Below, one piece after another: positions 39,455-52,384 of a DNA stretch of 64,000 nt. The stretch is from NCBI RefSeq assembly GCF_006345805.1, contig NW_021833744.1, positions 1 through 64,000 on the forward strand, written 5' to 3'. Every line of letters starts with the position of its first letter. Position 1 is the stretch's first letter. Source of the stretch: Octopus sinensis (lineage: Eukaryota). The notes beneath the pieces were generated by a model, which was not told where the DNA came from, ran no database searches, and worked only from the letters and a program-made list of their open reading frames with translations. The translations under genes were made by a program, and so were the position numbers.

Positions 39455-41055
39455 CAGTGGTTCTCAAACTGGGGTACGCCACATACAATTGCCAAGAATC
39501 TTATTATAACGTGGATTAAAGACATTTTTGAATGTTTCCCTGACAATAAATTAGGGCATATTGTTCGAAAAATTTGATGTTCAAATGATACAATCAATAG
39601 AAGAATGCGAGATCTATCCGAAAACATAAAAGAACAAGTTTTTTTTCTGATTAATTATTATTAGGTCATTACTGAAGTAAAAAGTGCTGCCTTTAAAAAA
39701 ATTTCAATTCAATTGGATGAATCAACAGATGTAGCAAATTGCTTCCAGTTACTCGTTTATGTGCGATATATTTATATAAAAATTATTAAAGAAGTATTTT
39801 TGTTTAATTATTCCTTACTTTTAAACACAAAAGGTTCTGATATTTTTGATGCAGTTAATTGTTTCTTGAAAAAAAGTATATTTTTGATTTTTACTTATGA
39901 TAGGTCTATTGTGGCGAAATCTTAGTCCATGCTTCAAAGATAGAGCACCAGCAATGCTTGGATGTAACTCTGGTTTCCGAGGTAGATTACAATCTGTTAA
40001 TCCAAATGTAAAAAATTTTAATATCGTTATGCTTTTGTTGTGAAGACAATGTCTCTTGAACTTAAAGGCGTTCTTGACGATGTTATTAAAATTGTCAATC
40101 ATATTAAAAAAGTCTTGAATTAATAAATTCTTACGAGTCAAAAATTTTATTTGAATCTGCACAATTAATTGAATTGAATTTTCGAGTGCCGGACGTTTAC
40201 CGAGGCACTTGGCTATGAATGACATCATACGGAGGACCCTCGACTCGGCGGGATTTCCTTCGGTCCTCGAACCACCGGGTCTTGACCGTGTGACGGGAAA
40301 CTTCCTGACGGGATGACCCTTTTTCCTTTTGAGGGCGGAAAAGGTTTCGTATAGGACGCAACCTGCTGGGATACTTTTTCTGCTTCACATCTAATTTCGT
40401 GTGCTCTGGAGGCTAAATCTCCTGCTAAAAAGGCTGAAGATTTAAAGCTATCCAAATATTCTGCCCTTTCGGATGAGTTTTTCGTGATGCCGATAGCGGT
40501 GGAGACGTCAGGTGCTCTTGGTCCAAAGACGGAAAAATTCCGCCGCAAGCTCGGGGCCAAAATTTCCGTGCGCACTCACAATCCTCGGGAATGGACTGAC
40601 TTCTTTAGCGGTTCTCGATCGCCGTTATCCGAGAGAATAGTTTGCCAATCTGCCAGGCTGCTGGCCTTCCTTTCGATTAATCTTTTATCACTTTTGCTTG
40701 AACTTTTATTTTAAACAAATTGGTGTAAAATGATATCAAAATATCACCACATTAAATTTTATATAATTGATTTTTTGCTTTTGTTTCCGACTACATATCT
40801 CTGCGAACAAGGATTTTCATCGTTGTTTAGTTTAAAATCAGTTCATCGTGCGAGGCTGAATGTTGTTAATGATATTCATGTGTGTTTTTCGTCAAAGGAT
40901 CAAGAAATCGATAGATTAGTGGTTGATAAACAACACCATCCATCTCATTAATTAAATAATTTTGTTTCTTAATTTTTTAAAAATCGATAAGGGGTACGCG
41001 AAAAATTATTTAGATGGCAAGGGGTACGCAATGCAAAAAAGTTCGAGAACCACTG
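39455..41055 (+). mobile_element. hAT (Buster-like) element with both ends, internally deleted, with a CRE-like insert at about 40185-40690
   Basis: TIRs cagtggttctc(a/g)aact and a perfect 8-bp TSD ctctaagt (39447-39454, 41056-41063). C-terminal FPTTYLCEQGFS..HHPSH. Confidence 0.92.
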
Positions 41056-41189
41056 CTCTAAGTATTAGACCACCGAAAAGAATATTCTTCATTTTTGGTT
41101 TGAAATTTGACATGTTTAAAAACAAATATTAATTGTTCAACATATAATTCTATTCTTCCAATCCGATCGTTGTCCGCTGGAGGTTAATC

Positions 41190-41775
41190 TCCTCCTTTTA
41201 GAGGAGGAATTAACCAACACAACTTTTTAATCATCTGTCTCCAGGTTAGTTGCGACTCTTTTTCCCTCATTCTCCATATTATCTTCATACGAATGACTTG
41301 CTTTAATTAAAAGGCTACTGGCTGAATTTATTTCCTCTTCAGTGATTCGGATCCCATGCCTGTGCTCAACAATCATACTCTCCAGTGTTTTCTTCAATAC
41401 AATTGACTGTATATAGGACTGAATTCCGTCTTTGATAACCAACTTTTTAATGTAGTTCTTAAAAAACTTGTAAAAGAGCCCACCCCAAGTCAAAACCAGT
41501 GGACAATGGACAACTCCCCTGTCAATAGATCGTATTTATGGCATTTCTCGATTTCGACCTTCTTCAAGCGGTCGTGGGAAGTAATTCCAACTTCGATAAG
41601 AGTGATTTCATTCTTAATTTTGTCATACACAAATATTTCAGGCTTGTTGCACTGAATATTCGTGTCTGTAACTATTTGAGAATCTACAAGTATTTTGACA
41701 TTTTGCGTGGATATGATTGATTGGACAGAATACCCCTTCAATTTTTTGATTTTGCTGATTGAGTACTTCCTACTT
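41190..41775 (-). mobile_element. R4-like RLE 3' fragment
   Basis: NKPEIFVYDKIKNEITLIEVGITS..KYDLL and YIQSIVLKKTLES. Confidence 0.8.
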
Positions 41776-42889
41776 AATTGTTCAATAACCTAATATTTTC
41801 ATATTTAATGTCCGAATATTGTTCTAAAATTATTAATATTCTGCGAAACAATAGAAAAACCAAACTAATCAGTTGCTAGTTTTTTAATTTTTTATATAGA
41901 AATTTCGGAGATTCTTTAATTTCTATTTACAGTTTTTGTCAATTCTAACTTGAAATTATTCTAATAAATAATATAACATTTTAATTCACTGACTTTAATT
42001 CAAGAATAATGATTTGGATCTTTATAAAATGATTTTTTCAATGAGATGATCAAACAGATGTTCCAACATGATTACATTTTTGAAACAAATAATAACTTCT
42101 GCAGTCATAAACAGTGATTAATAATTCTTGTCTATTATTTAAATTTTGATAAAATTTCCAGAAATTGGTATTCTTTTATTCAAATAACCTATTGTTGCAA
42201 TAAATTGCAAATTTTTAATAAATTTTATGTTTTCAATCAAACCAAATCGGAGTGTATTTTATTGAAAATGTTTAAATTCTTTATATTCAAGCGAAAAAAA
42301 ACTCTATGTATTCTTTAAATTGAAAAGAAACTCAAAAATATCTAAAATGCAAACAACATTTTAATTCTGAGGATGACAAAATTATTGTTTTGTGACTATC
42401 TTTAACGTAATTTCATTATTTTTTGTTTATAAATGACTCAAGAATATCTATCTACTAACAATAGATAATCCACTAAATTTTCCATATTGACCTAAATTTT
42501 TCACATTTTTTTATAAAAACCTTAAATCGAAGTATAAAATAAGAACTTTCAATTTTACAATTGTTAAAGTCATCAAGAAAATTACAAAATGTAAACAGAA
42601 CTATTGTGTGTGTCATGCTAGGTTTTTTAATTAAATCTAATCTCGAACTTTGATGTTTGAGCAAACAGATAACTTTATTTCAAAATGCTAAAAAATTAAA
42701 TAAAGACTGAATATTGAATTTTTAATCCTTTTTAATCGAAAAGAAAACTGAGAGTAATTATAAGTATTTTATTGAAAAATACGTTTGCAAACAAAAATCT
42801 TTAAGTAAAAATTTAAAGTCGTCCGACCAGTAATTCTGAAAAAAATTAAATGCGGTTAATCTTTAAATTCAATTTATTAATAAAAAGTA

Positions 42890-43330
42890 ACTAATTAATT
42901 GCCTAACTAAGTCCTGAGCCTTCCAAGTGAACAAAGGGTGGCACTCCACGCATCTTCTTTCTTCCTTTTCATTTCTGACTCTAAACTTTCTCGAAGATAC
43001 AGTTAAACTACTCTCACAGACTAAATTTCATGAAATATTTGGATTGACCAGCATCAAACGAGATACTCTCCAGAGTCCTCTTAAAAACAATTGAATCCAT
43101 ATAAATATGTAGAGTCTTATCTACACCCAACTGTTTTAAGTACAATATTTGGTATTTGGTGACCAGTCCATTTAATTTCATCACACGCAGACTTTAAGCT
43201 GGTGCATTATCCCTACCTCAATTGCAAATAAGTCATACTTCCTCTTTTTATCCAATTCCACTGTCCGCAAACGATCTACGCACTTCCACAATAAAAATCT
43301 CCCCGGTGATTTTAGCGTGGACTATTGTGG
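42890..43330 (-). mobile_element. R4-like RLE 3' fragment, decayed
   Basis: GEIFIVEV..DRLRTVELDKKRKYDLFA..SIVFKRTLESISFD. Confidence 0.7.
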
Positions 43331-43621
43331 TTAAAATAGAAAAAAATATTCCGGTATATAAAGAATTCTTTTATACAATGAAATGATTAGAATCCTAGAA
43401 AAGATAATGTAAATATTTCTCAATGTCAGTTCATTTCATAATCAAATGAACATCAAATGATTGAAATAAATAAAAATTAAAAATGATCAGTTATTCCAAA
43501 TAGTTTAATTTTGTTGTTTAATTGAACAGTAAATAAAACATTTTAACTAAAATATAATTTCAAAATAAATTTTATTATATTTAAATTTGTTTCTAAACAA
43601 CAAGCATCAAAAATACGATTG

Positions 43622-44187
43622 ATGAACATTCGCTTAATAATTCAAATTTTTTTTCTTTTTGTAGATTTGGGAATAAATGTTGTTTTCAACATAATCAACT
43701 TTAACAGCAAAACATTTCTTGTTATACAAATGTACAATAAATACCACATTTTAGACTCCAATGTTTTTTGATCGTAATGCAAATATTTATTATATTTTTA
43801 TTAATGATGAGAACTCCATTTTTCCAAGCAGGAGCAATGTCAATTCTCATTAGAAAATTCCGTTGGACATTATCAACAATTACTCTTTATTTAGCAATCA
43901 CTATGACATTCAACATACTTAATTATGTTTTCGTATATATAATACATATATAGATATTTCAACAGTGCGACTCTATTTCCACGCAAGCAATATGCAAGGA
44001 CAGTGGAAAAGTAATATTGGCAATGAATGCAATCCAAAAATTAAGTATTTAGTAAAGTAAATTTGTTATAGTGTCTGTACTATACTATCAAAATGTGAAA
44101 AGAACTGCTTTCATTCTTTGCGATTCAAAACTGTTTGAAGAATCAAAATGGTTTAGTAGAGAACTCAATAATAAATTATTATATTGA
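43622..44187 (+). CDS. TMEM138: Transmembrane protein 138 (ciliary, Joubert-syndrome family)
   Basis: Introns 43732-43754, 43927-43953 and 44045-44071. Product includes FVDLGIN, FFQAGAMSILIRKFRWTL..LYLAIT and QKLMSVLYYQNVKRTAFILCDSKLFEESKWF. Confidence 0.85.
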
Positions 44188-44385
44188 CAAGACATTTTCT
44201 TTAAACATTTTGTATTTAATAACTGTCTTAATAAACATAAAATAAACCGGCAAAATATTTCTACATATTTTATTTTCAGCATTCAAAATGTTCAAAAAGC
44301 AACACAAAAAGCCTAAAACGACATCCCTCAAAATATTTAGCAAAAAAGTCAAAAAACAAATCAAAAAATAACAAGGTACAAATGA

Positions 44386-45666
44386 CTAAACATCTTCAAG
44401 TTTGATTTTCTTAGAAGGCGAATTTACATCACCCTCTACGAGTGCCGTCTTTGATGGCGAACCAACCCCTCTCTACACCAAATAACAACTTGATTAACTT
44501 TTTTCACGAGATATGAAATGTCATTAAACGACTGAGGGTCCACATTCTTATCAAAAGGACAATTCTGATTCCCATACTCCACCTTCTATCAAAATAAAAT
44601 ATTAAATCAACCTTTGGGGCATTTTTCAAATCAACTTTGGCCTCTTCACATTCGTTGATCTAAAAAATTTTAATAAAAAATTCCTTCAAATCGAGTTCTT
44701 GGACAAGTTTAGATATTTCCTCTTCTGAGTCACAAGTTTTTATTGACTCCAGCACTTTGATCGCCTCCATAAAGTCGTTTTTTGCCAAATCAAATTCTTT
44801 GGACTCCACATGGATCAGACCGTTAAAATAATGACATTCCGCCATCCCCCGGTCCGCGGACTGAATTACCGGGTTATTTCGAATTTCCATCGATTTGGAA
44901 ACGTCGATCAAAGCCTCGTCAAAATTTCCTGATTCGAGGCTAATTTGGGCCAAATTTAAATGCACTTTTGCCAGTTTCTCCAATCGAATGTGCTCTTCCA
45001 AAACAGTGTCTCTAAAAATAATCGTTAAATAAAACTTGTTTAAAATTTTTGTAAGAATTTCAAACATTTCCCAAGCAACTTGAGAATTGTTTGCTATCGA
45101 ATCCTCAAAAGTTGTTTCGTTTTCGTTTTTTTCTTCGTTTTTAGAATCATCCAGTGTCTCGTCTTTGTTAATCGAGTCTTCTGGTTTGTTTTCTTCATTT
45201 TCTGTTTGATCTTGCACGACTGGCTCATTATCTTCTTGGCTTTCCTGTTCAGAGGACTCTGACTCGGCATAATTATCCTCCAAACCCGCTAAATTTATTA
45301 AATATTTTACATATAAACAATTTTTACATAATTATTATGTAAAATAATAAATATTAACAAAGAATTAAGTATTACGAAATAAAGAAGCTATCGGGTCTTG
45401 ATCTTCGGATGTGTTAGAGGCCATGAGAGCAAGTCCGTAGTAAAAGTAGGAGTCAATGTTCTCGGAAGCCAAGTCTCCGTACTTAGAAGAACTGAAATAT
45501 ATTTTTAAATATTTAGTACATTAGTTTACAACATTTTTCTAGGTTGTCAATTGCACTTTCGATATTGCCACAGTAGTACTCTCTGATTCCAAAAGAAAGA
45601 AATTCTTTTGCTTCGGTCTCACTAAAATAATAAAAAAAGTGTCCACGTTTCAGGTATGGATGACAT
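44386..45666 (-). CDS. NASP: NASP/N1N2 histone H3-H4 chaperone (SHNi-TPR)
   Basis: Seven introns (24-28 nt, one about 87 nt). YGDLASENIDSYFYYGLAL, an acidic insert, QVAWEMFE, LAKVHLNLAQISLESGNFDEA, DRGMAECHY, NDISYLVKKR and a terminal NLS-like PSKKIK. Confidence 0.9.
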
Positions 45667-46689
45667 TACAACAAAATATATATTTTATTTATTTGATTGA
45701 ATAATAAAATAATTAATGAACTATTGAAAAATTATAAATCAATTTGAAAATTACTTTCAAAATAATATAAAAATACTGTTCCAGGCTCCAGCTGGTTTTA
45801 GTAGACATTAGCCATATGTTATTGAGTAAATAAAGGATGCTATTTGTTGGTATAAATTTGAGTTTTTGTATTTGAAAATTTACTGTTCGCGCAAAAAATG
45901 GCAATCAATATTCTTAAAGATTTGTGTGATTCATTTTTAGAAGAAGCAATTTTTCTCCTGTGGTCATAAATGAAAGCCGTGGCAAGATTATGAGACAATA
46001 TTTCTTAATCCTGTTTTTAATTTTTTGCAGTCTAGATAAAAAAACAATCCTAATTAGAATCGCTTAATTGCAATTCCCGACAATACAAATTGAATTTGAT
46101 ATAATTCGATTTTTTAACTAAATTATCTAATTAAAAAAGTCCAAATAGTCAGTGATTTTCCTTTTTGAGTGCTTTAATCAGACTTTGATGGAAAAATGAA
46201 CTAAAATTTAAAAGAATTTTGTACAAATTGTGTCTAAAAAATTTAAAATTTTTTAAAGTATCAGTAATTATCTTTCATCAAATTGATAAATTCCGAGCTA
46301 AGGTTTATTCAATTTATTTTGTCAAGAAAATTTTATTTTTATTCATTAAATCTATAGACTATAGAGTCTTGAGTATGTAATCAACGATTGTTTTGTTAAT
46401 TTTTAATGTCTAATTCACTTAATTAGGTGTCAAGCTGTCATTTGGTGCAATGTTCCACGCATCTAAGATTCCAAAAGTGGGTATTTACTGCGGAATTGAA
46501 TTGTCTAAAAAATTCACATATTAGAAAGAGAAAAATAGATGAAATTCATTTTTGGTACTACTATTAGTTATCATTAACTGTTTTGTACATAAAATAAAGT
46601 GTGTGCTATAAATCAGTATGGCTCTGCGGGAAAGACTATAATAATTCACTTTTATTTATCGACGTTTCCAATGTGAATTGAATTAAAAA

Positions 46690-47295
46690 AATTTTTTTAA
46701 CTAAGTGCATATCAGATAATGGTGGAACAAGTTAGAAATTTGTACAAATCGTATTCAAATTGGGATAATTGGACCCAAAGCCCTTAAACTTCTCTCAGAG
46801 ATTGGTTTAATCATCTCGAGGAGGAGTCACGATAGTCGTGAAACGAGCTGGCTTTTTCGGATGATATCGTTCGCGATATTACGTGGAAATTGCCTGTCCA
46901 TCCGCTCGGCGACTCATCTGATTTAGTTAACTTCTCTATTTTACTTGTTATTTTGAAAAAAAGTTAGGAATGAACAAAAAGGAATCTCCGAGGGGCTAAA
47001 GCGCGCGCACTTCTGCGGTAAGTACCGCATGCGTGTTGTTTGCGAGAATGGCGATGAATATCCTCTGCAATAGCCACGAAACCTCGCATGGCTCTTTCGT
47101 CCTATGGGCCAATTTCCTTCCGATGTTGCTGATAAAGGCCGGAGTTAGAGACACGGCGATGCCCGATGTCTCCAGTGCGATTGGTGCAAACATAAAGCGA
47201 CGTCAGAGTTCTTGGTTTTTTTTATTTTGGCTGTCTCAGCCTTTTCCGCAGCGGACCTGGGGAATGTGGCGGATGACACGATTGCCGATGGAGAG
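46690..47295. mobile_element. Two tail-to-tail CRE-like RLE 3' fragments
   Basis: Plus strand: GIIGPKALKLLSEIG..ETSWLFRMISFAILRGNC. Minus strand: FAPIALETSG..WLLQRIFIAILANN. Confidence 0.7.
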
Positions 47296-47299
47296 AATT

Positions 47300-47760
47300 A
47301 CACGCCATCGGAGGTGGAGAAAATATATTTTAAATCAAAAAAACTGTTGAGTTTCTTTTACGAACATAAATTTTTACTATCTACTTAATTGTTACAGTGT
47401 TTAATTTATTTATATAATCCAAGAACACTGTCAAGGCTAGAAAATAAAATGTATTAGGTGATCCCGAAATTCCCAATCAATATACGCATCTTCTCGTTGT
47501 GTTCAGCCAGGGATCCCACGCATCTTCTGATTGGGGGAGGATCTAAGGGTCTGGACTGTTGCCAGCATGTTCTAACATAGAACACATACCCCGTCGTTCT
47601 CACAAGCGTTTCGATCAATATGCTTAGAGAATGAGAATTTGGTGTCAAAGGTCACCTCGAGTAGTTCCTGTGTTTTTGTCTGCGGAATTTTTGTTCCGTT
47701 CAAAACAACATTGATTTCGGAGTTAGATTTTTTTTTTTCGTGAATAGAGTGTTCATGCAT
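47300..47760 (+). repeat. Dispersed duplicate of 61843-62310 (last codons and 3' flank of the GT31 gene plus a LINE fragment)
   Basis: acacgccatcggaggtg..ctgttgagttt..ttaggtgatccc..gttcatgcattt aligns with the 61.8-62.3 kb segment. Confidence 0.85.
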
Positions 47761-47907
47761 TTGTTGTTATAGCCAAGAAGATCTGTTGCTAAAATCGCAA
47801 TTTGATTAAATTCTTAATAAGGAATACATTTCCATTTTCAAAGCATGTTTTCCGGCATAGTTATCCTCCAAACCCGCTAAATTTATTAATACATTCTTAG
47901 TCTAAAT

Positions 47908-48370
47908 CAGCGGTTCTCAAATGCGGCCCCCGGGGCCGCATGTGGCCCCTAGAATTTTTTTTGCGGCCCCTCTAGAGTAACTAACTTTTTTAATTTTTTA
48001 ATAATGTTTAAATTTAATTATTCATTCTTAAGGTTAAACATATCCATAATTGGTGATTTCATTAATCAATTTGAAGCACGTTTTGGGGTAAATTTATATA
48101 AATTTAATTTTTAGAATTTTAAAGAATTCCTTCCTTTAATGAAAATATTCGCAACTCCATTCAGCGTGGAAATTAAGGATGCGCCTGCAAAGTTTCAACT
48201 AGAACTCAATAATTTACAACATGATATAGAACTGGCGGCATTGTTCAAAAATGCGTCAATTATTAATTTTTACGAATTAATTCCTCAAGACAAATTCAAA
48301 AATATAACACACAATGCATATATGAATCTACATATTTATGCGAATCAATATTTAGTAAAATGGAAAAATT
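47908..48370 (+). mobile_element. hAT (SPIN-like) fragment with left TIR
   Basis: cagcggttctcaaatgcggccc start and the remnant FATPFSVEIKDAPAKFQLELNNLQ. Confidence 0.7.
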
Positions 48371-48374
48371 TACG

Positions 48375-48497
48375 TAATTTTATTTATTTGAAAAGTCCAG
48401 ATAAAATTGATTTTTAATTATTGCGTCTGCTTTCAGTCAATTCTCCTCCTCTTCGAGCCCGAGCAAGTGTCTTCGACGGGTACATTTATCCATTTAT
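48375..48497 (-). mobile_element. About 120-bp 5'-truncated copy of the R4-like element's 3' end
   Basis: Reverse complement is essentially identical to about 36185-36305. Confidence 0.85.
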
Positions 48498-48879
48498 ACG
48501 CTTTTAGATTTTTTATTGCGTTGTATGAAAAAATATATATGCAAATTTTCAAGTAAGTATAATCCTTTTAAGGCTCTACTCACAATGTTTCCGTCCCGGA
48601 TTTGTCCCAAACAACTGAAAACAGTCACATGTATAAATTTTTAATAAGCCTTTAAAACACTTTGAAAGAACTAAGATCCTTGGACTAATATCCATTTTTG
48701 TATTTTATATGGTAAAAATTCTTAAACATTATAATATGTCGCGAGCGCTTATAGTCATCGTGCGCTGCGAGGGATCCATCAATGTCAATGATTGTCAAAA
48801 ATAAAAATAATCTATTATATCAATGTTAACTAAGGTCAATTATTGACAATTAAAAATGATAATTAACTATTATTTAAAG

Positions 48880-49530
48880 TCGTCTTAGATTTTTTTAGTC
48901 GTCTTGAATGAACCTTCTTAATAAACCCAGCACTATCTTCGGCTTTGAAAAAATTGTTAGACAATTTCTCTACAATAGTTATTAGATCGTCCCATAATCT
49001 TTTTGTACACGAACCTTTAAGTAATTAAAAATATAATACAATATCTCCAACATCTAACTCATATTTTGATCGATGGACTCCTATCTTCCTAATCATTCTT
49101 CTATAATATGAAGACTGCAAATTCATTTTCTCAAAATTAAACTGGTACTCATCACCGTTACTAATAAATAACAATAAAAAACCTTTGTTATAAATGTCGG
49201 GATTTTCTACAACTTCCAATTCTTCCATATCAAAACTTTTTGGATTTTCCTCAACACCTGATTCAACAACAGTGTTGAATCCAGAAATACCACGATATCT
49301 TTGGAATGGACTAACGCCTAGAAAATAAAAAAATGCAATTTACATGTGGATGAATGAGCTCTTTAATTGTACAAAAACACAGCTTTTCGAATGTGTTTTA
49401 TCCAATCTTTTTTATCATCCGAAGCCATCAATTTGGATAAACTCCTTGTGATTGTCTGATTAAATCTTTCAACTATCCCCTGACTCTGGGGATTGTTGGG
49501 TCGTCCATGAATTTGAATGAAGATAGAGCT
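48880..49530 (-). mobile_element. Retroviral-type integrase (Gypsy/Ginger-like) fragment
   Basis: HGRPNNPQSQGIVERFNQTITRSLSK..GVSPFQRYRG. Confidence 0.65.
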
Positions 49531-49879
49531 TTTCGTATATTAAAACGAATTTTTCAGCCTTCTTTTTTAGTTTTTACTTCCGAGAAGCTGAGATGTTCAG
49601 ATCTCAGCTGTCAAATCACCTGTCATCGCTCTCAGCACTCGCGACATAATATCCCTTTCACAGAATCTTCCCCATTATACTGAATCAGTTTTTGTGAAAC
49701 AAACGGACGCCTGTGCTAAACTTATCATGAGGAGGTCAAGATTAATCGCAAACTTTTGCATTCTATATTATTTAAATGTCTGAACGATCATAATGTTGAT
49801 GTAAAAATTTCAAAGGGTGACTATGGAAAGGAATTTTTCACCAGGATTAAGGAACTATATTGCTTACTGCAGAATATTA

Positions 49880-50520
49880 ATTTTTTTTTTAAATTAAAGC
49901 AAAAAAACCGTTAATCACTTGGAAACCCAATGCGGGAAAATGCTTAACAGCGATTATGTCAGATGACATAACAAAGTCGTGAGATGTATTCATTTGCACA
50001 TCTGGAGATAGTATTAAATCAGCAAAGTGAAGAAATTGACAAGATACTAGGTCCAGGATACTCAGTCCATTCAATCACAAAGAGTTAAAACTACTCTTAT
50101 CGAATTTGAAATCATTCCCGGATTGCCTAAAGCAGGTCGATGTTATGAAATGCAATAAATACAATGTTTTGACCTGAGAGTTTTCCAGCTTTTACAACGC
50201 TCAAGTCAAAATAATTTTACTAGTTATGCCATGGGACGGGGTCTTTATCAAGATTTTGAAGACCTATTTTGAAAAGTTGGCTATCGAGGACGGAACTTGG
50301 ACCTACATCGTGCTGAAGAAAACACGATGTTTGAGTACAGGAAAAAAATCAAAATAAATAATGTATAGATAAATTCAGCTAATAACCTCATAATTAAAGC
50401 AAATCATTATCGAAAGTGGGGAAAAAGGAGTCGTAACTGATTTGGAATCAGAAAATAAAGGAGTGGTGTTGGTAACTTCCTCACTAAAAGGAGGAGATTG
50501 ATCTTCAGCGGATAACGAGC
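49880..50520 (+). mobile_element. R4-like RLE 3' fragment, decayed
   Basis: TQCGKMLNSDYVR*HNKVVRCIHLHI..SVHSI, and VMPWDGV further on. Confidence 0.6.
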
Positions 50521-51544
50521 AGATTAATACGTCTTTAGTTATCACATAAATAATATGTTAGCAACTTTGAAATTTAATAAATTATCAGACGGGAACTTCT
50601 ACAAAAAAATAAAATCAGAATTGACAATTTACTGAAATTTTAAAATGAAAAAAAATGAAATTTTATTAAATATTAACTAATTTTATGAACTTTTAATGTA
50701 TGAAATAATTTTCAAAATGGCTAACTGTAATTGTAATAAATTTATTTGATATTTTGATATTAAATGAGGAATTTGAATTCAAGTTGATGAAAAGTATATC
50801 GGTCCAATTCTATTCTTTTTCTAACCAGTTAATTTTCATTTCTTTCTAACCAGTTTTCATTTCTTTTTAATATTTACAATTTAAATGTGTTTGATGGCAC
50901 AATATTGGTTTATTTTTATCAAATTTTCATCACCAAATTTAAAAATATTAAATTATGGTTTTGGGGTTTTATTGTGGTTTTTGATTAATAATGAAATATT
51001 GTGCTATTCCACTTTTATTATTGTTTTATTTAATAATATATTGGAAATATGAAGTTTCAATTCTATTTTCAACAATTTACAAACAATTATTCCAACTTTT
51101 GTGCCTAATATTTATTCTACAGAAAATTAATATTTCTATATATTTACTACTTGCCCCATGAATTCGTCGAAGACAGCGGATCGATGGCAAAGAAAAGGAA
51201 ATTGGAACCAAAATTCTCATGATAAGATATTTTTTCACCTCAATGAATTTGCCAAGTTGGATTTGTTCTAAAAGTTTAAACTATTTACTACTTATTAAAT
51301 AATAAATTTAGTGAGTAGGAACATTTGTTTTCATAAAAATTGTTGTTTTGTTGATTACCAGATAATTCGTCCCTCCCCTTGCCTTCTTGGGGGATGGGCG
51401 TTCTCTGTCCAAAGTTTAAAAGGAATTGAATTACGTCTTTTTTCAAACGATGTGGACTTCGAATTTTTCAATAACCAAGTTCCATTTCATAGTCAGTTAA
51501 TTAAAAAAATGCTACTTATTTCACTGAATTCCAATTATTTAAAA

Positions 51545-52240
51545 ATTGTTATTTCGGTGATTATCAGAAAATTGATAACCCGAATATTTCATAAACATTG
51601 TTCCATTGTTGAAAATCCAAGTGATAAACATTAGTTTTTGAAAATATTCCATTTTTCATAGTCTATGTGGTATTTTTATTTTTCTATTTTCATTGATTTT
51701 TTTTAAATTGTTATTATGGTGATTATCAGAAAATTGATAACCCAAATATTTCATAAAAATTGTTCAATTGTTGAAAATCCAGGTGATAAACATTAGTTTT
51801 TGGAAATATTCCACTTCTCGTAATCTAGGTGGTATTTTTATTTTTCTATTTTCATGATAACCAGAATATTCCATAAACATTGTTCAATTGTTGAAAATCC
51901 AGGTGATAAACATTAGTTTTTGAAAATATTCCATTTTTCATAGTCAATGTGATATTTTTATTTTTCTATTTTCATTGATTTTTTCAAAATTGTTATTATA
52001 GTGATTATCAGAAAATTGATAACCCGAATATTTCATAAAAATTGTTCAATTGTTGAAAATCCAGGTGATAAACATTAGTTTTTGGAAATATTCCACTTCT
52101 CGTAATCTAGGTGGTATTTTTATTTTTCTATTTTCATGATAACCCGAATATTTCATAAACATTGTTCAATTGTTGATAATCCAAGCGATAAACGTTAGTT
52201 TTTGGAAATCTTCCATTTTTGATAGTCTATGTGGAAACAT
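51545..52240. repeat. Tandem repeat with alternating ~161/~120-bp units (about 282-bp higher-order period)
   Basis: Core gataacccgaatatttcataaa..ttgttgaaaatccaggtgataaacattagttttt recurs at about 51575, 51736, 51856, 52018 and 52138. Confidence 0.9.
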
Positions 52241-52384
52241 TATTTTTACACATTTTGTTGACCTATATTTATTTATAATGCATATTCTTATATTTTTGAT
52301 TTTCATTTGTAATAAAAAACTATCAAAAAATACAAGTTTTTGTGTTTTATTAATGTGATAATTACAGTTTTAACCATCAATTAA

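Noticed and set aside
42890-43330. Novel mini-intron gene
   Set aside because: Apparent GT..AG segments are chance. The translation matches the R4-like RLE domain.
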